From the NCBI GenBank assembly GCA_038496445.1, contig JALMLS010000103.1, positions 1-64,000 on the forward strand: DNA of 64,000 nt. Direction: 5' to 3'. Under the pieces are notes generated by a model. That model was given only the letters and a program-made list of their open reading frames with translations. It made no database searches and was not told the DNA's origin. Positions 50,901-63,423 of this stretch are shown in pieces. Made by a program: the position numbers and the translations under genes. This stretch comes from Trichosphaerium sp. ATCC 40318. Its lineage: Eukaryota; Protista; Tubulinea. How positions within the stretch are numbered: position 1 is the first letter of the stretch; each line of letters begins with the position of its first letter.

Positions 50901-53493
50901 GACTTTCGTGGAGATACTATAATGTCTCAATATGTTTTGTATTTACTATGGTTACCTTCAACCCAGCAGCGACGTCTGCAATGATATCATACTTTGGTAG
51001 TTTTTTGAATATTTTTTGTTTCTTTGTCATGTACTACGACAATTAGTGAACAACTACTTCCATTATCACGTGCGTAGAAAAGTGAAATCTCCTCTTTTGG
51101 TGGATGTCTCTCCAAAGCAAAGAATCTACTTCCACTGACTTCATACGCTGCAGGTATAGATAGGTAGTCGCAGTCAAGCGCCCTGAACAAAATCTTGAGT
51201 TTGATTCTTACTCCTCCGAATTAAAACGTACATTGCTTGGACAGTGTAAAGCCTGGCTCGGTGGAAACGCATTTCTTCAAACTCTCTTCTGAACATGCCT
51301 GTGATATTAGTTATGCTGATTACATAACTATTTTAAAGTGACATACCTGTTTCGAAGACTTGGTTGCTTTGAGGTACATTTTGCAGAGCAATATGTGGTG
51401 CACACTGTACAAGAGATGTAGTATCGTTGATATCTTGGCCGTTTAAAAACGCCGTGACAGCCTTTAATGTTTAATCAGAAAGGCATTTAGAGCATACACA
51501 CTGATACACGTACTGATGGGTAATCATAAGATACTTTTTTACCTTCTTTTGTTGTATACTCTGCGAATACATTTTTGAAAGCAGAATCAGGGATACGTCT
51601 CTCAGTGCATATTGTCGTTGCAAACAAAAGAGTCTTCTTATCTTTGGTATAATACTGTGCTCCTGCTCTTGCTTTTATTTCAATGACGCCTTCATGTCCA
51701 ATTTCGATGATGACAAGTTCCTGAAGGCTAAGTCAATAGAGCTTAAGGAATAAACTTACTTTTTTTTTCGCTATTTTTACAACCATGTTCTCTGTCTTTT
51801 CTAGCTCGAATTTTGCTCCAAGTGCTTTTGAAAGCTGCATCAAATCGAGTAGCAACACCTCGCTGAAATGTGGTACAAACGTAAACTTGTACCGCAAGAA
51901 CAAACGTGAGGATTTACCATTCAGTTTTAGGTTTTGTAAGTCTTTTCCGAAAGAAGCTATACTTTCTTCTTCACTGGATCTATCCACAGGCGCAGCTAGG
52001 TGAGGAATGAACATACCTACACCAGGCATTGGAAAAAAGACACCAAAGTACTTCATCAACTGGATAAGGGCGGGTGTTTGGGAGTCACTGTAACCTACAG
52101 TTACAGTTAGATTGCAACTTTTTGATTAAATAACGCTATACCTGATAAATGTTTTTCTATTTTTGAAGAATCTTTCACTATGTATTTCTCGGCTTTTCCT
52201 TTTCTACCAATACTCATAACCCCTTTTATAATGTCTGCAATAGCCAATGGATTCGTGATAATCTAAAACGAGCTGTTAAACAAAAACAAAAAAGATGTAA
52301 GTTGGATACCAATTTTTGAAATCCGAGGCCAGGATAGTACAGAATCAACCCAATATTCGATAGAGTAACCAAAAGATCTTCATAATGCTTATCTTCTAGC
52401 TTTTCGGCTCCAACACTTTTTTGGAAAAAAGCTTTTGAACATACAATATTTCTAAATAAAAGTTAAACTGTTTTTAGTACCGCATTGTTGCTCTGTTGCA
52501 CAACCGTACTTTTTTACAAATCCAGAGTTTTGGCAATCAATTAAACCTTTTGAAATAGTTTGTACTATTACAGCATGCATTCTCATTATTCTAACTGATA
52601 GCTCTTTGTTATTACTTAACGCAGTTGACAACTATAAAAAAAGACATTAATTATTTTCAACAGCGAACTACAATGCAGTATGGCTATTGTACCTGCTTTT
52701 TAATTTCTTTGGTGGCCGTATTGCCATCCATGTCAATTATCATCTCCCAATTTTCTATGCCTATATCCGCCAAGTGCTTTTTAATCTACAACAATGCGTT
52801 AAATTAAACAACTTTATGAAATAATCACGTGATTTTGAAGTAAAAAAAAAGTAAAACCCAAAAACGTACTGTTGTACACTTTTCCTCATAAGATATTTCA
52901 GACGAACCCTTTGAATATGACGTAAGCGTTAAGCGCATAAAAGAATTTTGATCGTACATAATCAGGGTCATTTTTGGAGTACGTAGCAAAAAGTAATATA
53001 GAGACACCCTGCGCTCTTACTTTTAGCGAATGTATCCATTTCTCGACAGAATTGAAGTTAGGATTACTTAGACTGAACACCAATAGACAAATACATCCAC
53101 CATTACCAGCTTTATGACCCATGAACTATCAAAGGTAAGAAAGATCATAGTTGTCGGCTGCTTTTTGAAGATGTTTCTGAAAAGAAAAGAAAGAATACTG
53201 CCGTACAAAGCGATGTGATAACTCGCTATTGTCGCCATCGAATTTAAAACAGTCTGCTGTAGTGCTACTATCAATTTGAATAGGAGCATAGGTGATGTCA
53301 CGGTTTCGTGTCGCAGTTACTGTTTGGAGTTTTTTATGTTGACGTAACGCCGTAAACACTTGTTGTTTGGCGCCCTAGGTAGTTCATTAGTTATTTTGAA
53401 GCAATCTTTTACTAAATGTCGTTTTTAGGATCTCACCGTATCTGGTCCTACTATCAACAAGCGTGTTCTGTACTTTACAGACTTGGTGCTCAT
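44937..53493 (-). CDS. Roco-like protein: degenerate Roc GTPase, COR, pseudokinase and long coiled-coil/low-complexity tail, multi-exon
   Basis: KYRTRLLIVGPDT|GAKQQ, CLLVFSLS...VEKWIHSLKVRAQGVSILLFAT (Roc), IITNPLAI (COR), kinase C-lobe DVAAGLKYLH..IVHGS..TDYG..PPE..SDIYSFG..CWAEDPTDRP. The junctions checked continue in frame toward 44937. Confidence 0.75.
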
Positions 53494-54287
53494 TTTGTTG
53501 TAACTTGAGTGTTATGGCAAGTTTTCACAGACTACCTTCATAAAAAAGTCGTCACATTTTGGCCTAGCACGGAGAATTTCGGCGCTAGTGGTGTATGCTA
53601 GCTATGTACATTTTAGTAACCGAAGGTGAAGTATATGAAAGTTGACTAAAAATAAAAAAAAAGCGAAAATCACGTGCCATAAAAAATGTTGCAGCTAAAG
53701 CAGTATCTTCGGATAAGTTGTTGCCGAATGGCTATTTTTTGTTGTATTGTCATCTACAGGTACTCACAGAGCATTCTTGTGGTTGCCATAAACTGCCACT
53801 TGTTGTTGGGGCACGCCCCGATGATTCCGTATATCCCCACACATCTCCATGGCTCGTTGTCAGAGGCCCTTGCCCAAGAACATGCGTGGAAATGGTGTTT
53901 AGTAGAATCGGCTATGTGGTGTAGTCACTCCAGTGCACACATTAACAAATACTTCGTTTTTACATAGCGCTACAGAGTGTGTTTTTAGGGCTCAGCTATG
54001 CTCTCTACAAAACATTCCTAACAGGAATCTTTGGTAATTACTAGCTAAAACTGAAAAAGTGCTAGTTTTCTATCTAGTTGTTGTGAACTTAACCGTTTGG
54101 CTCGAATCCTTCACAGTATTTGAAAATTGCTGTAGTTTTTTACCACGCAATGTATAACACGGTGCCAAGAAGTCAAATAACAAAAATAAAAAAAAAATAG
54201 TAAAAACAGTTTGTGATACAAGAAAAGGTAACATGTGTAACTTCTTTCTAACAGGTCTACTATTTTTTCAATACAGCCTCGTTGGTA

Positions 54288-54581
54288 TTAGTAGTCACAT
54301 CTCCCACAGTAGCCACATTCGGAGTCATATGCAGTGAGGTCCTTTGTACATGAATATTAGCATTCAAATTCCAATTTGCAAGTTATAACCCTTACCTCTT
54401 GCTCTCCTTGAAAGGCAAATACGATGTCACCGTTACCCGTTCTGTAGTATCCAGTTCGAGGCGTAAAAGCTTATTTGTAGTCATCATAGGAAGAGATATA
54501 TGTAGTTTTTGGGACTGTGACCTTGGTTTTAGAAGCAGTAGCCTTTACAGGCGTATTTGGTGTATTGTTAGCTTTGCTCAT
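54288..54581 (-). pseudogene. Small two-exon gene ending in ECGYCGRCDY, with one in-frame TAA
   Basis: MSKANNTP...SYDDYK*AFTPRTGYY...GEQE|intron 54342-54395|DLTAYDSECGYCGRCDY-stop. Not present in the ORF track. Confidence 0.6.
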
Positions 54582-55600
54582 TCTACGATAGGTGAGGTTG
54601 AAGTTCTCTAAGAGGGACGACTTAGTCAGTTAAGTTGCAATGTATTTGCCAGGCAAAGCAAAAACCAGAAACCTAATAACAGCTATACTGTGCGTTATGT
54701 ACCTTTGACTACAATCAAACCCCAGAAAATTCACAAAGGCAGAAACCAAACAATCACGTTTATTTACGGAAGATCAACAGTTTAGCAAGATTCTATTTTG
54801 TAGTTGTAGGTTCTACCATATTGTAAAAGACGTCCATAACCATAAATTTGAAGTAATACCACTGACATTAGCTTCAATGGAACTGGCCTGAAGGTGCCGT
54901 ATAGATATTATTGTAGCAGTACTGTTAACAGAATGGTACTTTTCTAAAACGCGTGAGTGTGTACGCTGCCAATGGTCTAAAATCCGAAACTTAGAGGATG
55001 TGCATAGTCTAACTAATACAATTAGAGGACATGCGCCCTTAAGATCTAAGAGCTGTTCAAGGCCACCTCGTCAGCTATGAGTTACAATCCCTAAGCAATG
55101 TGAACCAGGCTACGGGTTATTTAATTAACCGCAACAAAGAGCACGCTTGTACAAGAAACTATATTTAGAGACCCACCTACTGGGTATATTTGAGTATCTA
55201 TTACAGCCATGCATACATTTTCAGACATTCACAATTTCTATTGCTTTAAAAAAACTCAGCACGTTACATTTTTAGAACTTAATAGCGTATACTACTGTCA
55301 AGCGTTGGATGGATTATGAAAATATTGAAGTGGGAAAACGCGGTACCTAATTGTCCGAAAGAATTTCAGTAACCAGCAGTGGCTCAAAAAAGGCGATATA
55401 TGCTGTTTTTGGCCGTAGTTTCGGAGTTCATCCAAATAGGAAATAACTGAATTGAAAGACAAGGCTTAACTCACTTCGTTAGCGTGTTTTTTTTTTTACA
55501 ATACGACCAGAGATACCGAGATGTATTTAAAGGCGAAAGGGATTTCGTTTCTGATAGGTACTGGACTTACTTTATAAAATATCGAAAAGCTTTGCGTTGG

Positions 55601-58600
55601 ATGTTATTAAAACAAGTACCCTTCACATACACGTGGGCATCAATAACTAGAATACTTTTCGCTCTTTTTTTTTTTTTACCTTTTCGGAGTTCTTATCTCT
55701 TCATAACACGTTTTAGTACTTTCTGTGCTTATATGCGCAACCAGTGCGTTACGTAATGGGACAACACTTGTCATTGGCTTTGGTTACCCTGCTTCTACTG
55801 ACCCTGAACTCGTACGTCTTCCAATTCAAGCGCTACGCTCTCAAAAAGGACGAAACCCATTTTGTGTTTACAGGTTTATGCAAAAAGCCGGCTACTTTTT
55901 TTCCCTTTGAAAATACTGTTTTTATAAGCGAAATTAAACACAAGACGTTTCTCCGAGGGAAAAATTTTGATTAACACACGTGTGATTTGTCACTTTTTTT
56001 TCACGCTAATTTTTGTTTAGCGCGCTCTTGGATCTGCGCTGCGTACGTCCATAGAATTTTGGAAGAACAGTACAAACGAAAGAGGAGGTATACGTGTCGG
56101 TAATACAAACTATACCGTAAGTTCGTAACAATACAACCCAAAAAAAAATTATAACTACGGAAAACAACATACAACTTGCTACCTAAGCACTAAATACAGG
56201 TAGCGTGTAGTTTCTGAAACTCTAATGCCTTTAAGGTTGCAATTAAAGGAATCCCAGAGGACGGAAGTCTACAAGGGACAAGGCTAAGTTACCAAAACCT
56301 CACAGCAGACCCCGAAGTGGACTTTATTTTGGGCATGGTGATTTTATTCTTGACCTAATTAATGTTCTATCAAAGGTCCTTTTGGAGATGCTCGAGCTAG
56401 TGTTGCTGCACAAGTCTTTGATGAATTGAATAAAACAAGGATTTTAGTGGGCACTGCATCAGCTTCAGGAGACTTTTTTAATGAAGGAAGAGACTTCGCT
56501 TTTACAACTATAACATCAGTTAGGACGTAAGTTTATCATTTTCTTTCTTTTTTTTTTTGGGTGTTTGTTCACTTTCGCTTTTCAAGGTTTGGTCATGTAT
56601 CTGTTCCATTCCTCCGATCCAATAATTTAACATCTGTTACATTCCTAATTATAGAGGGGGATGTTGGTGGAGATCCTTGCCGGGGATATGAAGACAGAGT
56701 GCGTTGCTTTATTGAAGATAATTTTTATTATTATTTTGCCAAAGTTCTTTTTGCTTAAGTTACTTCTTTAGGCAAGAGAAAATGGAGTAGATACTTTTAA
56801 GTATATCTATGTTAATCATACAAATTCGCTTAATCATTGGCAAGACGCTTTTAATGCACGTGTTGAGTTTTGATAGAACTAAAGACTCAAACTAATATCG
56901 TATATTTTAGACTATCTTGAGAGAAAATAATGACGTGTTGATGTCTTGTGGAGCTCCTCAAGAAGCTATGCAATGGATGCTCCCACTGATGAAGGAAAAA
57001 AATTGGACGCCGAAGATGGTCTTGATTGTTCCCGGGGTTGTAGTTGGTTCATTTGATACAAACCTTCGTAGATACTTCACAACAGTTACTGCTGTATGTT
57101 GACCCCTCTGAATAGAGATTTTGTCTCACTCTGTCCTAGGTTCACCCAACATCACGAAGAGTTGGGCCTATTTTTGGAACGGTTGCACAGCTTCTACAAA
57201 AGATTCCTGCCTTGGGTAATTTTCCCCCAGCTCAGACAATAGCGCCTTTGGCTGTTGCAGGCGGATTGATGCTTGCTACAGCAATAGAGGTGCTAAAGGA
57301 TTATAGATTGTACCGCTAACAAATGTCAACACTAGAATGCAAATAGCCTTGACGATGAGAAAGTTATAAATGCAATGAAGAAGATGGACCTGGATACTTT
57401 CTATGGGAGGGTAAAAACGCGTTTATGAACAACTTTCAAAACACGTGAACAAAAAGAGATGTCGACTAATTGTTTGTAGCTACGCTTTTCAACCACCAAT
57501 ACTCAGCTGTGGGAAGGTGTTATGACTCAATATATACATGAAGATGGTAGAAGTAATGTCATTGGACCTTTGTTAAGTGCGTCAGAAGATTTCCTGGTAC
57601 CCATGCCAACATGGGACGAGAGGATATTCAGCAATACATTCGGTATATTTACTTTTCTGATTGACCTTTTCTTATGGCTTATGTTAGGTGATAGTACTTA
57701 TGAGTGGGTTGTTGCCACAATAGTTTGCGTTTTCGCAGTATTTACTGCTATATTTGCAGTGTTCATTCTTATCTTTAAACGTGACTATCGCTGTACGTGA
57801 GAGGAAGAAGCTTAAAGTTGTATTTTGTTTGTTCGACGTTGAGTTGCTTATTATTATACTAGATTCTTCTCCTCTTTTCATGGTTGGAATACTTGTTGGT
57901 GCTATGATGATATACTTCAGTACTCTTTTCAATACACCTAACAACGCTACAACATATGCATGCCACTTACAAAACTGGTTACTCTTCTTGGGTATCAATA
58001 TTATGTTTGGGTATGTTCATTTCTTTCTGCTTCTTCAAAAAAGAAATTACTCTGTGTCATCAACTTTCCCTTCACTTACGAATTTCGTACTTGATAAATT
58101 TCTAACATGGTTTAAATACAATTTTAGCTGCAATTGACATACAATCTAAAGTTTAGTTTATTTTAACTCCGTAATTTTATGGTGTTAAACAATGTCTTAT
58201 TATTTTCAAGGTGTCTCTTTGCAAAGTCATGGAGGGTTTATATTATCTTCGTCTATGCAAAAACTTTGAAACCTATCAAAGTAAGTGATTTACAAGTACT
58301 GACATACGTTGGAGCATTCTGTACCTTGTGTACTGTATCCTACAACGAGAACTCTTTCTTATTTTTTTCTTAACAAATTCTTCCTTGACAAAGTAAACAG
58401 CTGTTGTGTATAGCATTTAGTGCAACTCTAGGTACTTCTGAAATATATGTTGAGGATGAATATCGAATATCACATAACTACTACAAATGTTCCAGCTCTA
58501 CAACAACCACAGTAATACACAGTTTTCAATACGGAACAATTGTACGTCAGAAGCTGTTTTTTACTTTTTTAAAACAATCACGTGACTTGAAAAAAGAACG

Positions 58601-59303
58601 AAACGGGGAATATTATCAACAAAACTTCTTTTAAAGTTAATCCTTGCTGACAGACGGAGATCTAAACTTTAGAATGATCGAGTTTTTTTAGGCGACAAAC
58701 TATTTCGCAGTTTTTCTTTTTAGGCAACAACATAAACGTGCTTACTAATTTAATTAGCTTGCAATCATGATTATAGGTTCACTAACAGCATTCATGATAC
58801 GTAAAGTACCAACAAGGATATTTTTTGAAAGAAAGGTAACAAGAAAAAAAACATAACAAACGATTAGCAGAAAACGCTTTTGTCTTTGTTACATAAATAA
58901 TTTAACTTGATATGTAGATTATCGTTTACTCTATTTATAATACAACTCTATTCATTGCAATCGCCATGCTTGCAGAATACACACTGAGACAATCATCAGC
59001 AAGAGAACAAAGATACATACTTCATTCTGTTTGTGTTATTCTAAGTGCTGGTACCGACATCTTTAAAAAACAACATTTTTATTTTCAAGTTGCTAAGCTA
59101 TTTGTTAAGGTTTGAGTGTTATTTGGATGGTGTTTGTGTCAAGCACAACATCAAGAGATGAATCTGATGTGATGAAACAACCAGACTCTGCAATATCACT
59201 TGGTAGTTTAGAAACAACGAGTACAGAAAAACAAATGAAAGAGCTAAGGGATGAGATTGAACAGCTAAAAGAAACAATTGCAGAACTAAAAAAAAAGAAT
59301 TAA
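55601..59303 (+). CDS. Class C (family 3, Grl/GABA-B-like) GPCR with periplasmic-binding-protein-type ectodomain, multi-exon, 5' end uncertain
   Basis: NERGGIRVG, VDFILG|PFG, DLDTFYGR ectodomain motifs. 7TM motifs SSPLF, CHLQNWLLFLGINIMFG, LFAKSWRVYIIF, IRKVP, SIYN. C-terminal coiled coil. Confidence 0.9.
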
Positions 59304-59374
59304 TTCTTCACCATCCTTGTCTTATAATAAATCATGACTGTAAAGCTAGTAATCTATCATTGCATAATGCAAGT

Positions 59375-59490
59375 GTTGAGTGCATAAGCATGGTAAGTGC
59401 TAAAACGTGTTATGAAGAGATAAGAACTCCGAAAAAGTAAAAAAAAAGAACGAATTATTGTAGTTATTTATTGGCATTCAGCCACATGTT
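59375..59490 (-). repeat. Inverted copy of the GPCR 5' region (~55630-55740)
   Basis: The core ttttcggagttcttatctcttcataacacgttttag is identical on + at 55681-55717 and on - at ~59400-59436, with similar flanks. Confidence 0.9.
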
Positions 59491-59531
59491 CGCTGAAAGT
59501 TGCAACAGGAAAATAGGTTGGGTTAAATGCT

Positions 59532-60194
59532 TTATTCCGGGCAAAGAGATACTTTGAATAGTTTTCCAGTACAAACCCAACATTCTTCATCATCTGATGG
59601 TTCTTCAAACCCGTCCAAAAGCACCGTGTCTTTTGAAATTGTTGCTAAATTGCAATCCCCTTTAAGCCCTCCATCAAATATTTCACATTCTTTACTGTAT
59701 TTGAACAACGCTGTTGCATCAACCTCTTTGTTTTCACCTTCATGTGCCTCAAATGTCACAGGTTCAATTGTACATGGAGGAGCGTTTGTTACATTGGCAG
59801 AAGATTGAAAAATGAATAAAGGCGAGCGTCCAGACTGTCGTAACTCGCAAGAAGCTCGTACATTCGGGCTTGTCTGTTCGTCCCATTCCCCTTTTACTTT
59901 TTTCATTCCTTCTGAAGCTGATCTAAGCACACACACTGATCCAGGATCTAAACCAGTTAGAATACGGAATAATCACGAAGCAGCATACTATTTATAACTC
60001 ATACCACGTGCGGAGTAGGAAATACTACTTGTTTTAAGCGTTAGGTCTTCTTTTTCGTAACAATCTTCGCCAAACCACAGCACTGAAGCGTCTTTTCTTG
60101 TAGTACCCCAATTCATACGTTCTAACTTCCATTTACACGGTACAGAGTTACAGAGGACTATAAGGCATAACACAAGAAAACATACACTTCTCAT
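59532..60194 (-). CDS. Secreted Cys-containing protein, tandem paralog 1 (two exons)
   Basis: Signal peptide MRSVCFLVLCLIVLCNS, one GT-AG intron, near-identical to 60511-61180. Confidence 0.85.
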
Positions 60195-60510
60195 TGCTGT
60201 TTACGTTTGGATCGTTTTGTTTTGGTTCGTAAAAAAACAAGATTCTTTTAACACGTGATAATATACGATAGTGACACGAATACAACGAGACAAACAAGGG
60301 TTAAGAAACCTCGCTTTTCAAAATTCACTTGTTTTAGATCCAAAAGCACTAGATGTTTACGGGGACACTTGTTAGCTTTCTTTTTTTTGTGGAGAGAAGT
60401 TGTCATTTTTGGCCGTGATTCTAATACTATTCACATATGTTCCATGTTCCATCCTGACATTTCCTTATCAAGGTCTCTTTAGACATAAAAAGTAGCGTAT
60501 GATTCTAACT

Positions 60511-61180
60511 TTATTCAGGGCATAGAGATACTTTGAATAGTTTTCCAGTACAAACCCAACATTCTTCATCATCTGATGGTTCTTCAAACCCGTACAAAAA
60601 AACTAAGTCCTCAAAAACACTTTCTACATTGCAATCCCCTGTAAGCCCTCCATTAAATATCTCACATTCTTTGCTGTATTTGAACAACGCTGTTGCATCA
60701 ACCTCGTTGTTTTCACCTTCATGTGCCTCAAATGTCGCAGGTTCAATCGTACATGGAGGAGCGTTTGTTACATTGGTAGAAGACTGTGTTATGTAATAAG
60801 GGAAACGTCCGGCCTGTGGTAAATCACAAGTGGCTTGCACAAGTGATCCTGTCTTTTCTTTCCAATCTCCAATTACATTTTTCACTCCTTCTGATGTTGA
60901 TCTAAGCGTACACTCCGACCCAGGATCTAAACTAGTTAGAATACAGAGCAATAGCGAGGGAGAGGATTCTATACTATTTATAACTCATACCACGTGCGGA
61001 GTAGGAAATACTACTTGTTTTAATCGAAGGGTCTTCTTTCTCGTAACAATCTTCGCCAAACCACAGCACTGAAGCGTCTTTTCTTGTAGTACCCCAATTC
61101 ATACGTTCTAGCTTCCATTTACACGGTATAGAGTTACAGAGGACTATAAGGCATAACACAAGAAAGAAAACACTTTTCAT
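60511..61180 (-). CDS. Secreted Cys-containing protein, tandem paralog 2 (two exons)
   Basis: Signal peptide MKSVFFLVLCLIVLCNS, same intron position, identical C-terminus ECWVCTGKLFKVSLCPE. Confidence 0.85.
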
Positions 61181-61400
61181 TGCTGTTTACGTTTGTATTC
61201 GCAAAGTTTGGGGTTAAGGATAGTTCTAAGACCCTTTAAGGCATCAGTTTCAGATAAAATTACTATATTTGGCAAGTAATTGACCCGCTCGAGAAACAAA
61301 GATCACGTGGTTAATATTTTATAGACATTATTCGTAGAGCCTCCATCGAGATGACTGATACGCTACTCATCTTTGCATTTGCAATAAACGATAGTATAAT

Positions 61401-61601
61401 ATGGCTGTAGAATTACCACCAGAGATGTTGACGCACGTTTTACGGTATATTATGCAGAAAACAGTATCAAAGCAACCACAGGTTGCCACGTTTAATGACA
61501 TTATTCATTTTAACCATCGCTATCAAAGAATCATCAAATTGTCGTTTTCTCAAAGGCAGTCCAGTCCATTGCTACAAAACACCAAAATAGGTGCCACTTA
61601 A
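61401..61601 (+). pseudogene. Truncated F-box/LRR family remnant
   Basis: ELPPEMLTHVLRY...FNDII...SPLLQNTKI aligns with the N-terminus of the 35180-36481 protein. No intact LRRs follow. Confidence 0.7.
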
Positions 61602-61861
61602 GAAGTGAGAGTGGTGTATGATATTACACTCTATCATCCAAAACGTGAATGGTATGAAGATTTTGGTAACATACCACTCGTATGAAGTGACACATGTTTG
61701 GTATAGAGTCAGTATAAAAATAAACAACTCACGGTCTGCAAAACCCCAGAAACATCTTTGTAACTACTTGCACACGGTTGGTGGCTCAGTAATTCTTGCA
61801 ATGAATGTTTTATTTTGTAACAAAAATAGAGGTGTATGATGAACACCACAAGCAACTGACT

Positions 61862-63423
61862 TCATGAATGTTTTGCTTTGCTGTGAAAAACCTCAGGTAC
61901 AATTGTTTGTTCCCTTTGACTGTTCATACCAGATATCCAATCGTTCGTATCTAAAACTAGTTTTGTGCTATAACATTCCAGTGGAGGATTGTAACCATAA
62001 TCTCTGATAGGTCTAACCCCTCTGTAATGGTACACACCAGTAGCCCTAAGAACATACTTCTCATACACAATACGTTGCCGTGCCATGAGATTAGTAACTA
62101 ACCCATGTCTAGGCATGTCTGCTACAGCAAAAGCCCGGTAGTTATCTCTGGTTTTCGTGACATGGTGTAAAAGTACACCTTTGTACATATCAAGTTCATA
62201 AAGTTTGAAGCTGTGTGTCTGTAATACACGCCAAATTAGAAAAAGGGTCGAAAGTAATCTCCATATCTCCTGAGGTATTATCTATATGTTTAGGACCTTC
62301 TATAAGCGAACACTTCTAATACAAAGCTAAGTATAGAACAGAAAATGTTGCAAAAAAAAAGCCATTTATGTGTTAACTGCTTACTTTAATGTCCCATATT
62401 GAGTACTCCCTGCTGTTCTTTGCGCAAGGGTCGACGAAATTACCGCCAGATGTATTTGAGAATCCGAGGGTTATTATATTATCAGAATCACCAAGCCACT
62501 TGTGTGTAACACGTTTCTTTCCCAAATGTTGTGTTTGTATTTCGATTGCAACTTTTTTCTGTCTCGGATCTAAAATACTCAATGTAGAACTTGTTGTCAT
62601 TGATAATAGAGATCCATTATAGTTCCAGTCTATCTTGCACACACAAGGTAGCTCTTCCTTCTCCTTGATATCAATACTATAAATAGAATCTCCCGTGTCA
62701 ACCCTCCAAACAATCATTTTTCCATCTCTTCCTCCTGTTGACATAATACCATGTGCTACTGGATTAAAACAACACGTAGCAACACTAGCGTCATGACCTA
62801 AATCGCTAAACTTAGAATACAGTACAAATGAATGTACAAGCAGCTACAATTAAAGGTAAAAACGAAAAGAGCAAAATCAGTTTTTTTTTTAATTTTTCTG
62901 TGAAATAAAATTACCTCACGTGTACAACATAGTTAATTTGACAAATTAACTACACCGTTACTGTTGTATTACGTAAGGTATAATTTTTTCGTTTTCATAC
63001 CAATTAGTGAGCATTCTGGACCATCGTCTGTATTTTTCTGTAGATTCCATAATTTTACACTTCCAATGCATGATGTGGTGGCTATAATCTCTTCAAAGAA
63101 AGGATGGAATGTAAGGGTTGTAACAACATTATCATGTGCCTTGAAAGACGTTTTAGAAGCGCACTTTTGGTTAAGCAAATGACCAACATCTTCAAACGGT
63201 TAGTATACGGCCCACAAACTATCTAGAAACACTAAAAACTCAGTAAAATAGTCGTACCACACGTTCCGTTGGCTTTTTTGTAAGAAATAGCTAAAAATTG
63301 GCTGTTTACATCTATACAGCCTCCACCTGCGTAGAAACTATTTGGAGGCCATTCGCTAGTTGCGTTTGTAGGCTTTGCGCAAAATGTATGCCTATAAGTT
63401 GATCTTCGAACAAATCTACTCAT
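61862..63423 (-). CDS. Divergent coronin-family WD40 protein, multi-exon, 3' end uncertain
   Basis: MSRFVRRSTYRHTF coronin N-terminus, WD40 repeats (AHDNVVTTLTFHPF, GHDASVATCCFNP, DWNYNGSLL, ILDPR, ITLGFS...REYSIWD) and MPRHGL similar to the coronin MPKRG motif. Confidence 0.85.

Noticed and set aside
53686-54040. Small plus-strand gene divergent from the Roco-like gene
   Set aside because: Exon-like composition but no consistent splice model or recognisable domain.
54471-54473. Alternative genetic code (TAA reassigned)
   Set aside because: TAA is the normal terminator of POR, the SH3 gene, tectonin and others, and long exons lack in-frame TAA/TAG.
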